A stretch of DNA of 64,000 nt, from the NCBI GenBank assembly GCA_046565645.1, contig JBKHYD010000034.1, forward strand, positions 49,209 through 113,208, in the 5' to 3' direction. The notes under the pieces are model-generated. The model was not told the origin of the DNA and searched no databases. It worked only from the letters and a program-made list of their open reading frames with translations. The stretch is from Acidimicrobiia bacterium (GTDB taxonomy: Bacteria > Actinomycetota > Acidimicrobiia > Acidimicrobiales > VFJN01). Shown here one piece after another: positions 27,157 through 36,723 of the stretch. Position 1 is the stretch's first letter. The number at the start of each line of letters is the position of its first letter. A program made the translations under genes and the position numbers.

Positions 27157-28034
27157 TCCAGGGGCTCGATGCCCAGCGCCCGGAGCTTGTGCCAGGACCG
27201 CTCGACGATGAGCGGGTAGGTCCGCTGGTAGTAGGGCAGCGCGGCACAGGCCTGGTTGACGGCGGCGCCGCGGGCCCGCGCCAGCGTGGCGGCGTCGACC
27301 TCGAGCGCCTCGATGAACGCGGCGCGGGACTCGTCGGTGAACAGGGGCGACCAGACCACCTGCACGTCGACGGCCGGATCGCCGACGCAGGCCGAGCCCC
27401 AGTCCACGATCCCGCAGAGCTGCCCGCCGCGGACGAGGCAGTTGCCCTCGAGGTCGCCCTGGACCCAGACCGGCGGCCCCGCATGCGGCGGGGCGGCGAG
27501 GGCCTCCGCCCACACCGCCGTGGCCGCGTCGGCGTCGATGAGGTGGGCCGCCGCGTCGATGGCGCGGCGGGTGGCCTGGTCGTAGGCCTGCACCGGCCGT
27601 GCCCGGTGGCGGGCCGGTGGTGCCTCGTCGGCCGGCACCTGCTGGAGCGCACGGACGGCCTGCGCGAGGTCGAGCGCGAACCGAACCGGATCGTCGATGC
27701 GGTCGGGGGAGGCCAGCTCGCCGGGGATCCACCGGTGCACCGCCCAGCGGAAGGGATAGCCCTCGGCGGGTTCGCCGAGCGCCACCGGCTCGGGCACGGC
27801 CACCGGCAGGTGGGGAGCGAGCCGGGGCAGCCAGCTGGCCTCGCGTTCGGGTTGCCCGGCCGCCCACTCGATGCGGGGGAACCGCACCACAAGGTCATCG
27901 CCCAGCCGCCAGATGGCGTGGTCGGTCCCCCATGGCTCCACAGTCCGGAGCGGGAGCTCGGCCAGGTGCGGCAGCTGCGACGCGAGCAGCCGCCGGACGA
28001 GCGCTTCGTCCACCGGGACCTCCTCAGCATGCAT
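27132..28034 (-). CDS. Aminoglycoside/phosphotransferase (APH, protein-kinase-like fold) family protein
   Basis: Start MHAEEVPVDEALVRRLLASQLPHL, WVQGDLEGNCLV (HGD-type catalytic loop with Q for H), IVDWGSACVGDPAVD. 3' ends overlap the crotonase gene by 25 nt. Confidence 0.8.
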   Translation of the reverse strand: MHAEEVPVDEALVRRLLASQLPHLAELPLRTVEPWGTDHAIWRLGDDLVVRFPRIEWAAGQPEREASWLPRLAPHLPVAVPEPVALGEPAEGYPFRWAVHRWIPGELASPDRIDDPVRFALDLAQAVRALQQVPADEAPPARHRARPVQAYDQATRRAIDAAAHLIDADAATAVWAEALAAPPHAGPPVWVQGDLEGNCLVRGGQLCGIVDWGSACVGDPAVDVQVVWSPLFTDESRAAFIEALEVDAATLARARGAAVNQACAALPYYQRTYPLIVERSWHKLRALGIEPLDQDLERSP

Positions 28035-28243
28035 GCGAGCTCCCACCGCGCCCAGTCTCCGGTCCGGCGCCGAGCCCGTCGAACGCGTTGCCGGCGACCG
28101 CAGTCGGGCGCAGCGCATGACGGCGGCGATGACCTGCGGCCGCGGCCATTCCGATGCACGACCAGATGACGCCGTTGTTGGGGCCCCGCGGTGATCGCAC
28201 CCCTGATCGGGGTGGACGTGGGCGCGCCGTTGTGACTGCGACC

Positions 28244-28592
28244 TCAGTCCCGGGGAGCGCCTGCGCTGGCGGGTTCGGGCGGTCGGCGTTGCGCGCCGGC
28301 GGCTCGGGTGGCGCGGGTGCGGGTGTCGTGGCGGAGGGGTTTGGGTCTGGATCTGAGTTGTCGGCCGTGGGGGCTGGTGAAGATCAGGTGACCGGCTTCG
28401 GGGTCGATGGTCCAGCCGCCTTCGTGGACGAGGCGGTGGTGGTGCCAGCACAGGCCGTTCCTGCCCGAGACCGAAGCGGCCCGCCTGGTGCTGCCGGTTC
28501 CCCGGCTGCGGCGGCCCGCTCCAACGCCGAGCACTCCCGCAGGGCCCGCACCCGATCCGACCACGACGACTGGCGAGGGCACGCCCCTGGCG
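28244..28592 (-). pseudogene. Remnant of a DUF222/HNH endonuclease (13E12-repeat-type) gene; only the C-terminal HNH end is recognisable
   Basis: NGLCWHHHRLVHEGGWTIDPEAGHLIFTSPHGRQL (about 28453 down to 28350) is the canonical C-terminus. The upstream 300-400 aa expected for this family are absent or degenerate. Confidence 0.55.
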
Positions 28593-28973
28593 CTATCGGC
28601 GCACCTGGATGGCGAGGATCCCGCACTGGACCGGATAGGACTCGGCACACACCCCCTCGGTCCAGACGGCCACCTCGTCGCCGTCCTCGAGGGTGAGCAC
28701 CTCGCCGGTCGTCGCGTCGATGATGGTCGGCTCGCCTCGCAGGAGGGCCATGCCCTCGAAGTAGGGGTCGGAGGCGCCGACGAGGACCGGGTCGGAGCCG
28801 GAGAGCTGGACCGTCCCGGTGACGTCGGGCGTGCGAGCGGGGATGGTCCCGGTGGTGACGACCGAGGACGGGGTCGACGTCGTGGCCCCGGTGCTCACCT
28901 CGTCGTTGCCGCAGGCGGCGCCGACGAGCAGCACCGCCCCCAGCAGCAGGACGCGCCGCCATGGAGAACTCAT
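28593..28973 (-). CDS. Small lipoprotein of unknown function
   Basis: MSSPWRRVLLLGAVLLVGAACGNDE lipobox, Thr/Ser linker, about 90-aa beta-rich domain with two Cys. Start trimmed to ATG 28973. Confidence 0.6.
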   Translation of the reverse strand: MSSPWRRVLLLGAVLLVGAACGNDEVSTGATTSTPSSVVTTGTIPARTPDVTGTVQLSGSDPVLVGASDPYFEGMALLRGEPTIIDATTGEVLTLEDGDEVAVWTEGVCAESYPVQCGILAIQVRR

Positions 28974-29020
28974 GCTGCTTGGACGACGGGGACCGTCCGC
29001 CGGTTCCGGGGAGTGCACCG

Positions 29021-29506
29021 CTACCAGTAGTCGGCCATGAGCTCGGTCGACCACGCCGGCTGGCGGTGCTCGCCGCGAGGCCAGAGCTCGGCCAGGTTCG
29101 GCTTGATGTCGAGCACCGGCGTGCCGTCGATGGCGTCGAGCCCCTCGACGTGGAGGACGAGCCCGTCGACCCGGATGAGCCGGCAGGTCGTGACGCCGAG
29201 GCGGTTCGGTCGGGCCTTGGCGCGCTGCGAGAGGATGCCCACCTTCGGCCAGTCAGCGCGCCCGCGCGGACGGCGGGCGCCCAGGGTCACGTCCGCCTCG
29301 TCGACGAGGTGGAAGAGGAAGACCACGTCGAGGTGGCTGAACGCGTCGAGCCCGGCGACGACATCCGGGGTGAGCCAGGTGCCATCCAGCTCGATCCGCG
29401 TCACCACGGCATCCCAGCCGTCGTCGACGGGCTCGCTGCGCTCGCTGCGCACCGTGCCGATGCGCCGGACGGTGAAGGTGTCCGCGTCGCTGCCCATGCC
29501 CGACAT
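29021..29506 (-). CDS. trmO: tRNA (t6A37) methyltransferase TrmO/TsaA (YaeB family)
   Basis: FSHLDVVFLFH, RPNRLGVTTCRLIRVDGLVLHVEGLDAIDGTPVLDIKP. Confidence 0.85.
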   Translation of the reverse strand: MSGMGSDADTFTVRRIGTVRSERSEPVDDGWDAVVTRIELDGTWLTPDVVAGLDAFSHLDVVFLFHLVDEADVTLGARRPRGRADWPKVGILSQRAKARPNRLGVTTCRLIRVDGLVLHVEGLDAIDGTPVLDIKPNLAELWPRGEHRQPAWSTELMADYW

Positions 29507-29556
29507 CCTGTCCGACGGCCCGGAGACCGCCGCTCATCCCTCACCCGGGCAGGGGC

Positions 29557-30906
29557 TCAGCCCACCGGGCCGGGCGTGATCCGCAGCGCCAGCGCCGGCG
29601 CCTCGGCCGGTCGACCGGGGAGCGCCACCCGACACCCGTCTTCCGTCGCCTCCCATCCGAGGGGCGCCTCGGCGTGGCCGAGCAGCCGCACGTCGGCGTC
29701 CGGCGGCGGGGTGACGTCGAGCTCGACCACCTCCGAGCTCGGCGTGGCGCAGATGATGGCGTTGAGGGCGTCGTCGGCCGGCGAGTGCGTGTAGCGGACG
29801 TCGTGGCCCTCGCCTGTCGTGCCGGTCTGCCGCGTCCAGGGGCGGGTGCCGTAGATGGCGTCGCCGTTGGTGCGCAGCCACCAGCCGAGGGCGAGGAGGC
29901 GCTGGGCCTGGGCGAAGGGGATGACGCCGTCACCGGTGGGGCCGACGTTGAGGAGCAGGTTGCCGCCGTGGGCGACGACGTCGACGAACATGCGGACGAG
30001 CTCGGCCGGGGCCAGGTAGGTGGCGTCGGACTCCTCCCGGTTGAACCCGAACGACGTGCCGATGCCGCGCGTGCTCTCCCACTTCCGGGCCAGGTCGCCC
30101 TTCGTGGAGTACTCCGGGGTGACGAAGTCGCAGTGGCGGGCCCCCGCCGTCTGGGCCATCCAGTCGAACCGGTTGTTGACCACACCCTCCGGGACGGCGG
30201 CGTAGTAGTGGGCGAAGAGGCCCTCGAGGTCCCCGGCGGCCGGGTAGCCGATGTCGTTCCACAGCACGTCGGGGCGGTACCGGTCGATGAGCTCGCGCCA
30301 GTGCGCGTCGGCGTAGGCGAGGTAGTCCTCGCTCTGGGGGATGGCGGTGTACATCGACGCGAAGTCGGTCATGGGCAGCCCACCGAAGGTCCAGTCGAGC
30401 CCGCCCGAGTAGTAGGTCCCGAAGCGCATCCCCCGCTCGCGCACCAGCGCGGCAAGCTCGCCCACGAGGTCCCGATCGGAGGCCCACCGAGCCTTGTGGG
30501 GGTTGCGGGTCTCGCTGGGCCAGAGCAGCACGCCGTCGTGGTGCTTGGTGACCAGCACCACGTAGCGGGCTCCCGCCTGTTGGAAGAGATCGGCCCACGG
30601 CTCGGGCTGCCAGCCGGCGTGGCCGGCCAGGAACTGCTCCACGAAGTCGTCGTAGGGACAGCCGCCATGCACCCGGGCGTGGTGCTCGGCGGCGGGGCTG
30701 CCCTCGATGGAGATCGAGTTCCAGTACCACTCGGTGTAGGGGGAGGAGCGCATCGCCTCCTCCCAGCCGCCGTGGGCGGCGAGGTCGAACGGGGAGTCCC
30801 GGATCGGGGCGAAGGCGGGGACGGCCGCCGCCGTCCAGTGCACGAAGATCCCCAGCTTGGCGTCGTCGTACCAGCGCGGCAGCGGACGCCCCTCGAGCTC
30901 GCTCAT
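29557..30906 (-). CDS. Alpha-L-fucosidase (GH29)
   Basis: RWYDDAKLGIFVHWTAAAVPAF, ARYVVLVTKHHDGVLLWPS, GMRFGTYYSGGLDW, DVLWNDIGYP. GGGGGAG SD before ATG 30906. Confidence 0.85.
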   Translation of the reverse strand: MSELEGRPLPRWYDDAKLGIFVHWTAAAVPAFAPIRDSPFDLAAHGGWEEAMRSSPYTEWYWNSISIEGSPAAEHHARVHGGCPYDDFVEQFLAGHAGWQPEPWADLFQQAGARYVVLVTKHHDGVLLWPSETRNPHKARWASDRDLVGELAALVRERGMRFGTYYSGGLDWTFGGLPMTDFASMYTAIPQSEDYLAYADAHWRELIDRYRPDVLWNDIGYPAAGDLEGLFAHYYAAVPEGVVNNRFDWMAQTAGARHCDFVTPEYSTKGDLARKWESTRGIGTSFGFNREESDATYLAPAELVRMFVDVVAHGGNLLLNVGPTGDGVIPFAQAQRLLALGWWLRTNGDAIYGTRPWTRQTGTTGEGHDVRYTHSPADDALNAIICATPSSEVVELDVTPPPDADVRLLGHAEAPLGWEATEDGCRVALPGRPAEAPALALRITPGPVG

Positions 30907-30980
30907 CGCTCCCCCGTCTGCGGAGCCCCCGCCCCGCGGCGCACGGACGATACCCAAGCGTGGGGCCAGATCAGGGTGGC

Positions 30981-31418
30981 TCAGACCTCGACCAGCACGG
31001 TCACCGGACCGTCGTTCACGAGGGCCACGGCCATGTCGGCCCGGAAGCGGCCCGTGGCGACCGTGGCCCCGAGGTCTCGAAGGCGCGCCACCACCGCCTC
31101 GACGAGCGGCTCGGCCTGCTCAGGCCGCGCCGCGGCCAGCCACGACGGGCGACGCCCCTTCGAGGTGTCGCCATAGAGGGTGAACTGGCTGATGACGAGG
31201 AGGGGCGCCCCAGCGTCGGCGCAGGATCGGTTCATGACCCCGGCGTCGTCGTCCAGGACGCGCAGGTGCCACAGCTTCTCGGCCAGCTTGGCGGCCCCTG
31301 CCTCGTCGTCGTCGTGGGTCACCCCGACGAGCGCGCACAGGCCCGGGCCGATGGCGCCGACGACCTCGCCGTCGACGGTCACCGAGGCCTCCGTCACCCG
31401 CTGCACCACGGCTCGCAC
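30981..31418 (-). CDS. dtd: D-aminoacyl-tRNA deacylase
   Basis: [45 protein letters not shown] start with TACGGT 7 nt upstream. Confidence 0.9.
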   Translation of the reverse strand: MRAVVQRVTEASVTVDGEVVGAIGPGLCALVGVTHDDDEAGAAKLAEKLWHLRVLDDDAGVMNRSCADAGAPLLVISQFTLYGDTSKGRRPSWLAAARPEQAEPLVEAVVARLRDLGATVATGRFRADMAVALVNDGPVTVLVEV

Positions 31419-31460
31419 GGCTGGGACCGTACCGGCGTCGGACGCCGGGCCAGCGATGGC

Positions 31461-31805
31461 TCAGCGGCGAGCCTTGTCCCGGGCGTCGACGATCGCCTGG
31501 CGGACGTCGCCGAACAGGTCGTCGAGGCCCTTGCGGACGGACTCGACGACGTCACCCGCCACCTCGGTGGGCTTCGTGAGCTGGGCCTTGGCGTCGTGCC
31601 AGCGCTGACGGGTCTGCTCGAACAGGTCCCGGACCCTGTCGCTCGTCTCCATGGCGCCCAGGTGGGCCTGGACCTCGAGGTCCTCGATGCGGGCGTACCA
31701 CTGGTCGAGCTGGGCCGCGGCCATCTGCTTGCGCAGCTCCGACTCCCGCTGCTCGAGCCGCGCGATCTGGGCCTCCAGCCGGGCGATGCGCTCTTCGGGG
31801 GTCAT
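31461..31805 (-). CDS. Hypothetical coiled-coil protein
   Basis: 114 aa. Heptad-like N-terminus EERIARLEAQIARLEQRESELRKQM, good GC3, no recognisable family. Confidence 0.5.
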   Translation of the reverse strand: MTPEERIARLEAQIARLEQRESELRKQMAAAQLDQWYARIEDLEVQAHLGAMETSDRVRDLFEQTRQRWHDAKAQLTKPTEVAGDVVESVRKGLDDLFGDVRQAIVDARDKARR

Positions 31806-31896
31806 GGCCCAACGGTCGCGCTGCTGGCTCGGGCCCGATAGGGCACAAGGTCCTCCAACCGAGAGCCACTGTCGTCGCCCGTCCTAGCGTGGCGGC

Positions 31897-32703
31897 GTGC
31901 AGACGCTGCGAGCCGGGCCGGCCACGCTCCGCGTCGACCGCGGGCGAGGCGGTCGGCTGGCCTCCCTGCTGGTGCACGGCCACGAGCTGCTGGTGGGCCC
32001 CCCGCGCGGTGGCGCCGCCGACCCGCTCCTGTGGGGCTGCTACCCCATGGCGCCCTTCGCCGGTCGCCTGCGGGGCGGGCGGTTCCGCTGGGGCGGCACC
32101 GCCCACCAGCTCGAGGCGAACCACGGCGGGCACGCCATGCACGGCACGGTGTTCGACCGCCGCTGGCTCATCGAGCAGGCCGAGGAGGACTACCTCCGGC
32201 TCCGCGCGCCGCTCGAGCCCGGGTGGCCGCTGCGCGGGTGGGGGGTCCAGGAGATGGCCCTGCGCGCCGACGGGCTCGAGCTCCGGCTGGAGGTGCACGC
32301 CGGCGATCTGCCCTTCCCGGCCACCGCCGGCTGGCACCCGTGGTTCCGTCGGCGGCTGGAGGTGGGCGGCGACGTCGAGGTCGAGCTCCGGGTGGGGCGC
32401 TGGTACCCGACCGGCGACGACGGGCTGCCCACCGGCCACCTCGCCCCCGTGCCCCCCGACCGGCCCTGGGACGACTGCTTCACCGCGGTCACGTGGCCGG
32501 CGGTGCTGACCTGGCCGGGCGCGCTGCGGGTCGAGCTCCACGCCACCTGCGACCACGTCGTCCGCTACGACCGCCAGCCCCACGCCGTGTGCATCGAGCC
32601 CCAGACAGGCCCGCCCGACGCCGCCAACCTCGGGCTGGCCCGGATCGTGCGCCGCCACGACCCGCTCGTGGTGGAGGCGAGCCTGCGCTGGGAGCTGCTC
32701 TAG
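31897..32703 (+). CDS. Aldose 1-epimerase family protein
   Basis: GCYPMAPFAGRL, HAMHGTVF, AGWHPWF, CIEPQTG. GTG start with TAGCGT 6 nt upstream. Confidence 0.75.
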   Translation: MQTLRAGPATLRVDRGRGGRLASLLVHGHELLVGPPRGGAADPLLWGCYPMAPFAGRLRGGRFRWGGTAHQLEANHGGHAMHGTVFDRRWLIEQAEEDYLRLRAPLEPGWPLRGWGVQEMALRADGLELRLEVHAGDLPFPATAGWHPWFRRRLEVGGDVEVELRVGRWYPTGDDGLPTGHLAPVPPDRPWDDCFTAVTWPAVLTWPGALRVELHATCDHVVRYDRQPHAVCIEPQTGPPDAANLGLARIVRRHDPLVVEASLRWELL

Positions 32704-32743
32704 GCACCGGCCCGGAGCCGCCACCACGACCTACCATCCGCCG

Positions 32744-33502
32744 ATGGAACCGGTCGGCACCGTCGCCCAGCTGTGGCGCTACCCCGTGAAGTCGTTCCAG
32801 GGCGAGCAGGTCGAGCGGCTGGAGCTCGACGCAGGTGGGGCGCAGGGCGACCGCACCCTGGCCGTGGTCGATCCCGCGGCGCGGAAGGTGCTGTCGGCCA
32901 AGCGGTGGCCGGACCTCCTCCACGCGGCCGCCCGCCTCCACGGCGACGACGTGGTGCTGACCCTGCCCGACGGCCGGGAGCACCTGGCGTCGGATCCGAG
33001 CGTGCACTCGGCCCTCTCGACGTGGCTCGACCACGAGGTCCGCCTGGAGGCCCCGCCGGTCGAGACCGTCTACCCGATGGAGATGCACACCGGGATGTCC
33101 GACGAGGACACGCCGGTGTTCGACTGGTCGGGTCCCCCGGGCACCTGGCTGGACCTCGCCGACGCCCACTGGCTCACCACCGCTGGCCTCCGGGCCATCG
33201 CCAGGGAGCACCCGCAGGGCCAGTGGGACGTGCGCCGCTTCCGCCCGACCGCGCTCATCGACGTCGAGGGCGAGGGCTTCCCCGAGGACGGGTGGAACGA
33301 GGTGGAGCTGGGCCCCGTGCGCTCCACGGTGCTCATGCCGACCCCGCGCTGCTCGATGCCGTCGCGGGCCCAGCCGGGTCTCGAGCGGGACAAGGCCATC
33401 GGCACCACGATCCGCGACCGCCACCACAACAACCTCGGCATCTACGGCACCATCACCACGGCGGGGGCCGTGGCGGTGGGCGACGTGGTCAGAGCCCGCT
33501 AG
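32744..33502 (+). CDS. MOSC domain-containing protein (with N-terminal beta-barrel)
   Basis: LWRYPVKSFQGE, GDRTLAVVD, FRPTALIDVEGEGFPEDGW, TPRCSMP. ATG with TACCAT 6 nt upstream. Confidence 0.8.
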   Translation: MEPVGTVAQLWRYPVKSFQGEQVERLELDAGGAQGDRTLAVVDPAARKVLSAKRWPDLLHAAARLHGDDVVLTLPDGREHLASDPSVHSALSTWLDHEVRLEAPPVETVYPMEMHTGMSDEDTPVFDWSGPPGTWLDLADAHWLTTAGLRAIAREHPQGQWDVRRFRPTALIDVEGEGFPEDGWNEVELGPVRSTVLMPTPRCSMPSRAQPGLERDKAIGTTIRDRHHNNLGIYGTITTAGAVAVGDVVRAR

Positions 33503-33596
33503 GGCACCAGGCCCACGTCGCGACCGCGGCGGCGGGCACGTACCCCGTCCGGGCGGCTTGACCGCCAGGTCAACCGACCGGAAGGCTTGACGGACC

Positions 33597-34859
33597 ATGC
33601 CCCAGGACACCCCGCTCCGCATCGCCCTCCTCGCCTACCGGGGCAAGCCCCACGTGGGCGGCCAGGGGGTGTACGTCCGCCACCTGGCGAAGGCCCTGGT
33701 GGACCTCGGACACCACGTCGAGGTGCTGGGCGGCCAGCCCTACCCGGTCCTCGACGAGCGGGTCCCGCTCGTCCAGCTGCAGAGCCTCGACATCTACAAC
33801 GACCACTTCCCGATGCGGATGCCGGGCCTCTGGGAGCTGAAGCACTGGTCGGACTTCCTCGAGGTGGCCGCCTTCTCGGCCGGCACCTTCCCCGAGCCGC
33901 TCGCCTTCTCGATGCGGGCCTGGGACCACCTGCGCCACCGCCAGGGCGACTTCGACATCGTCCACGACAACCAGTGCCTCGGCTGGGGCGTGCTGCTCAT
34001 CGAGCGCCAGCTCGGCATCCCGGTGCTCGGCACCATCCACCACCCGATCACGGTGGACCGCCGCCTGGAGCTGGAGGCAGCCGAGGGCTGGTACAAGAAG
34101 CTCACCCTCCGCCGCTGGTACTCCTTCACCAACATGCAGACCCAGGTGGCCCGGCGCCTCGAGCGGGTCATCACGGTGTCGGAGAACTCGTTCAAGGACA
34201 TCGTGCGCGACCACGAGGTCGACCCCGATCGCATGGCGATCGTGCCCGTCGGCGTCGACGTCGAGATCTTCCGGCCGCTCCCCGAGGTGCAGCCCGTGCC
34301 CGGTCGCCTGGTCACCACCGCCTCGGCCGACGTGACCATGAAGGGCCTCAAGTTCCTGCTGGAGGCGCTGGCCAAGCTGCGCACCGAGCGGGACGACGTG
34401 CACCTCGTGGTCATCGGCAAGCGCAAGCCGGGCGGCAGCAGCGACGCCGCCATCAAGCGGCTCGGCCTCGAGGACCACGTCGAGTTCGTCACCGGGGTGC
34501 CCGAGCAGCGGATCATCGAGCTGTACTCCGAGGCCCAGCTGGCCGTCGTGCCCTCCCTGTATGAGGGGTTCTCGCTGCCGGCCATCGAGGCCATGTCCTG
34601 CGGAGTCCCGCTGGTCGCCACCACCGGCGGGGCCATCCCGGAGGTGGTCGGGGACGACGGCGACACGGCGCTGCTCACCGTGCCCGGGGACAGCGAGGCC
34701 CTGGCTGCCCGCCTCCGCTTCGCCCTCGACCAGCCCGACCTCCGCCAGACGGTCGGCGCCCGCGGCCGCCAGCGCATCATCGACCGCTGGTCCTGGCGGC
34801 ACACCGCCGAGCAGACCGTCGAGCAGTACCGCATCCGCCTCGAGTCCGAGGGTCGCTAG
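33597..34859 (+). CDS. Glycosyltransferase family 4 (GT-B)
   Basis: RIALLAYRGKPHVGGQGVYVRHLAKALVDLGHHVEVL, C-terminal AVVPSLYEGFSLPAIEAMSCGVPLVAT (E-x7-E region). Confidence 0.85.
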   Translation: MPQDTPLRIALLAYRGKPHVGGQGVYVRHLAKALVDLGHHVEVLGGQPYPVLDERVPLVQLQSLDIYNDHFPMRMPGLWELKHWSDFLEVAAFSAGTFPEPLAFSMRAWDHLRHRQGDFDIVHDNQCLGWGVLLIERQLGIPVLGTIHHPITVDRRLELEAAEGWYKKLTLRRWYSFTNMQTQVARRLERVITVSENSFKDIVRDHEVDPDRMAIVPVGVDVEIFRPLPEVQPVPGRLVTTASADVTMKGLKFLLEALAKLRTERDDVHLVVIGKRKPGGSSDAAIKRLGLEDHVEFVTGVPEQRIIELYSEAQLAVVPSLYEGFSLPAIEAMSCGVPLVATTGGAIPEVVGDDGDTALLTVPGDSEALAARLRFALDQPDLRQTVGARGRQRIIDRWSWRHTAEQTVEQYRIRLESEGR

Positions 34860-35600
34860 GTGCTGACCGTCCGGTTCGACGAGCTGGGGGTCCAGCCGGG
34901 CGACCTGCTGCTCGACCTCGGGGCGGGCGCCGGGCGACACGCCTTCGAGTCCTATCGCCGCGGCGCGCGGGTCGTCGCCTTCGACTACTCGGCGGCGGAG
35001 CTGAAGGACGTCGCCGCGCTCCTCACCGCCATGCGCGACGCGGGCGAGGCCGGCACCGAGCCGGACTCGCTGGCCGCCACCACCAACGGCGACGCCCTGG
35101 CCCTGCCCTTCGCCGACGCCACCTTCGACCGGATCATCGCCTCCGAGGTCTTCGAGCACGTCACCGACGACGTCCAGGCCTTCGCCGAGGCGTTCCGGGT
35201 GCTCCGGCCGGGGGGCACCCTCGCCGCCACCGTCCCGTCGTGGCTGCCCGAGCGGATCTGCTGGGCCCTCTCCGACGAGTACCACGCGCCCTTCGTGGAG
35301 GGCGGCCACGTCCGCATCTACGCCGAGGGCGTGCTGCGCACCCGGCTGGAGGCGGCCGGCTTCGAGGTGACCGGCAAGCACAAGGCCCATGCGCTTCACT
35401 CGCCGTACTGGTGGCTGAAGTGCGCGGTGGGCCCCGCCGACGAAGACCACCCGCTGGTCCGGGCGTACCTGAAGGTCCTCGTCTGGGACATCATGCGGAC
35501 CCAGCCCATGGCCACCTTCACCCGCCTCAGCGAGAAGCTCCTCGACCCGCTGCTCGGCAAGAGCCTCATCGTCTACGCCCGCAAGCCCGAGGACGCCTGA
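34860..35600 (+). CDS. Class I SAM-dependent methyltransferase
   Basis: LLDLGAGAGRHA (motif I), VVAFDYS, GDALALPFADATFDRIIASEVFEHV. The GTG comes directly after the GT4 TAG. Confidence 0.85.
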   Translation: MLTVRFDELGVQPGDLLLDLGAGAGRHAFESYRRGARVVAFDYSAAELKDVAALLTAMRDAGEAGTEPDSLAATTNGDALALPFADATFDRIIASEVFEHVTDDVQAFAEAFRVLRPGGTLAATVPSWLPERICWALSDEYHAPFVEGGHVRIYAEGVLRTRLEAAGFEVTGKHKAHALHSPYWWLKCAVGPADEDHPLVRAYLKVLVWDIMRTQPMATFTRLSEKLLDPLLGKSLIVYARKPEDA

Positions 35601-35604
35601 GCCG

Positions 35605-36660
35605 ATGCCCATCGACGTCCCCGGCCTCGTATCGGCCACCGACCTCCACGCCACCGTGGACGGGCTGGCCGAGTGGCAGCGGCCGTCGGGGATGATCCCG
35701 TGGTTCCCGGGCGGCCACTGCGACCCGTGGAACCACGTCGAGGCCGCGATGGCGCTCGACATCGGGGGCCGCCACGCCGAGGCCGACCGCGCCTACCAGT
35801 GGCTCGTCGACCTCCAGCGGGAGGACGGCTCGTGGCACCAGTACTACGTCGAGGGCGAGGACGGCTCCACCCAGGTGGCGCAGGACAAGCTCGACGCCAA
35901 CGTGTGCGCATACATCGCCGCCGGGGTGTGGCACCGCTGGCTGCTCACCGACGACAAGGGCTTCGTCGAGGATCTGTGGCCCACCGTCGAGCGGGCCATC
36001 GACTTCGTGCTCGACCTGCAGACCCCCCGGGGCGAGATCCTCTGGGCCCGCCACGCCGACGGCACGCCGTGGAGCTTCGCCCTGCTCACCGGGTCGAGCT
36101 CCATCTGCCACAGCCTGCGCTGCGCCATCGCCATCGCCCAGCTGCTCGGCCACGAGCGCCCCGACTGGGAGATCTCGGCTGCCCGCCTGGCCCACGTCAT
36201 CCGCGAGGTCCCGGAGGCCTTCGCCCCCAAGCACCGTTGGGCGATGGACTGGTACTACCCGGTGCTCGGTGGCGTGGTGCTCGGCCAGGCCGGACGGGAC
36301 CGGCTGGACGAGCGGCGGGACACGTTCGTGATGGAGGGGCGGGGCGTGCGCTGCGTGTCGGACCGGCCGTGGATCACGGTGGCCGAGACCTGCGAGTGCG
36401 CCCTGGCCCACCTGGCGGTGGGCGACCGGGCCACCGCCGAGGAGCTCTTCGGCTGGGCGCAGCAGTTCCGCCACGATGAGGACGGCCGCTACTGGACCGG
36501 CACCGTCTTCCCCGACGAGGCGCGCTTCCCCACCGACGAGCGCAGCACCTACACCGCGGCGTCGGTCATCCTCTGCGCCGACGCCCTGGCCGGCGCCACC
36601 CCCGCCAGCGCTCTCTTCGCCGACTCCGCCGGCGTCCTCCCGCCCCTCATGGAGCTGTAG
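35605..36660 (+). CDS. Prenyltransferase/squalene-cyclase-repeat (alpha/alpha-toroid) protein
   Basis: Repeats of the QxxDGSW type (LVDLQREDGSWHQY; LDLQTPRGEILWA). 351 aa, 4 nt after the methyltransferase stop. Confidence 0.65.
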   Translation: MPIDVPGLVSATDLHATVDGLAEWQRPSGMIPWFPGGHCDPWNHVEAAMALDIGGRHAEADRAYQWLVDLQREDGSWHQYYVEGEDGSTQVAQDKLDANVCAYIAAGVWHRWLLTDDKGFVEDLWPTVERAIDFVLDLQTPRGEILWARHADGTPWSFALLTGSSSICHSLRCAIAIAQLLGHERPDWEISAARLAHVIREVPEAFAPKHRWAMDWYYPVLGGVVLGQAGRDRLDERRDTFVMEGRGVRCVSDRPWITVAETCECALAHLAVGDRATAEELFGWAQQFRHDEDGRYWTGTVFPDEARFPTDERSTYTAASVILCADALAGATPASALFADSAGVLPPLMEL

Positions 36661-36723
36661 CCGCTCCACCGCTGAGCGGGCACGGCCCTGACGCGCCGCG
36701 GGAGGACCGCGGAGCCGGTGCGA

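Noticed and set aside
33565-33592. SRP (4.5S) RNA-like stretch CCAGGTCA...CCGGAAGG with a GGAA tetraloop.
   Set aside because: The conserved GGAAGCAGC continuation and the symmetric/asymmetric loop pattern of SRP helix 8 are absent. The whole intergenic gap is only 94 nt and is better explained as the leader/operator of the GT4 operon.
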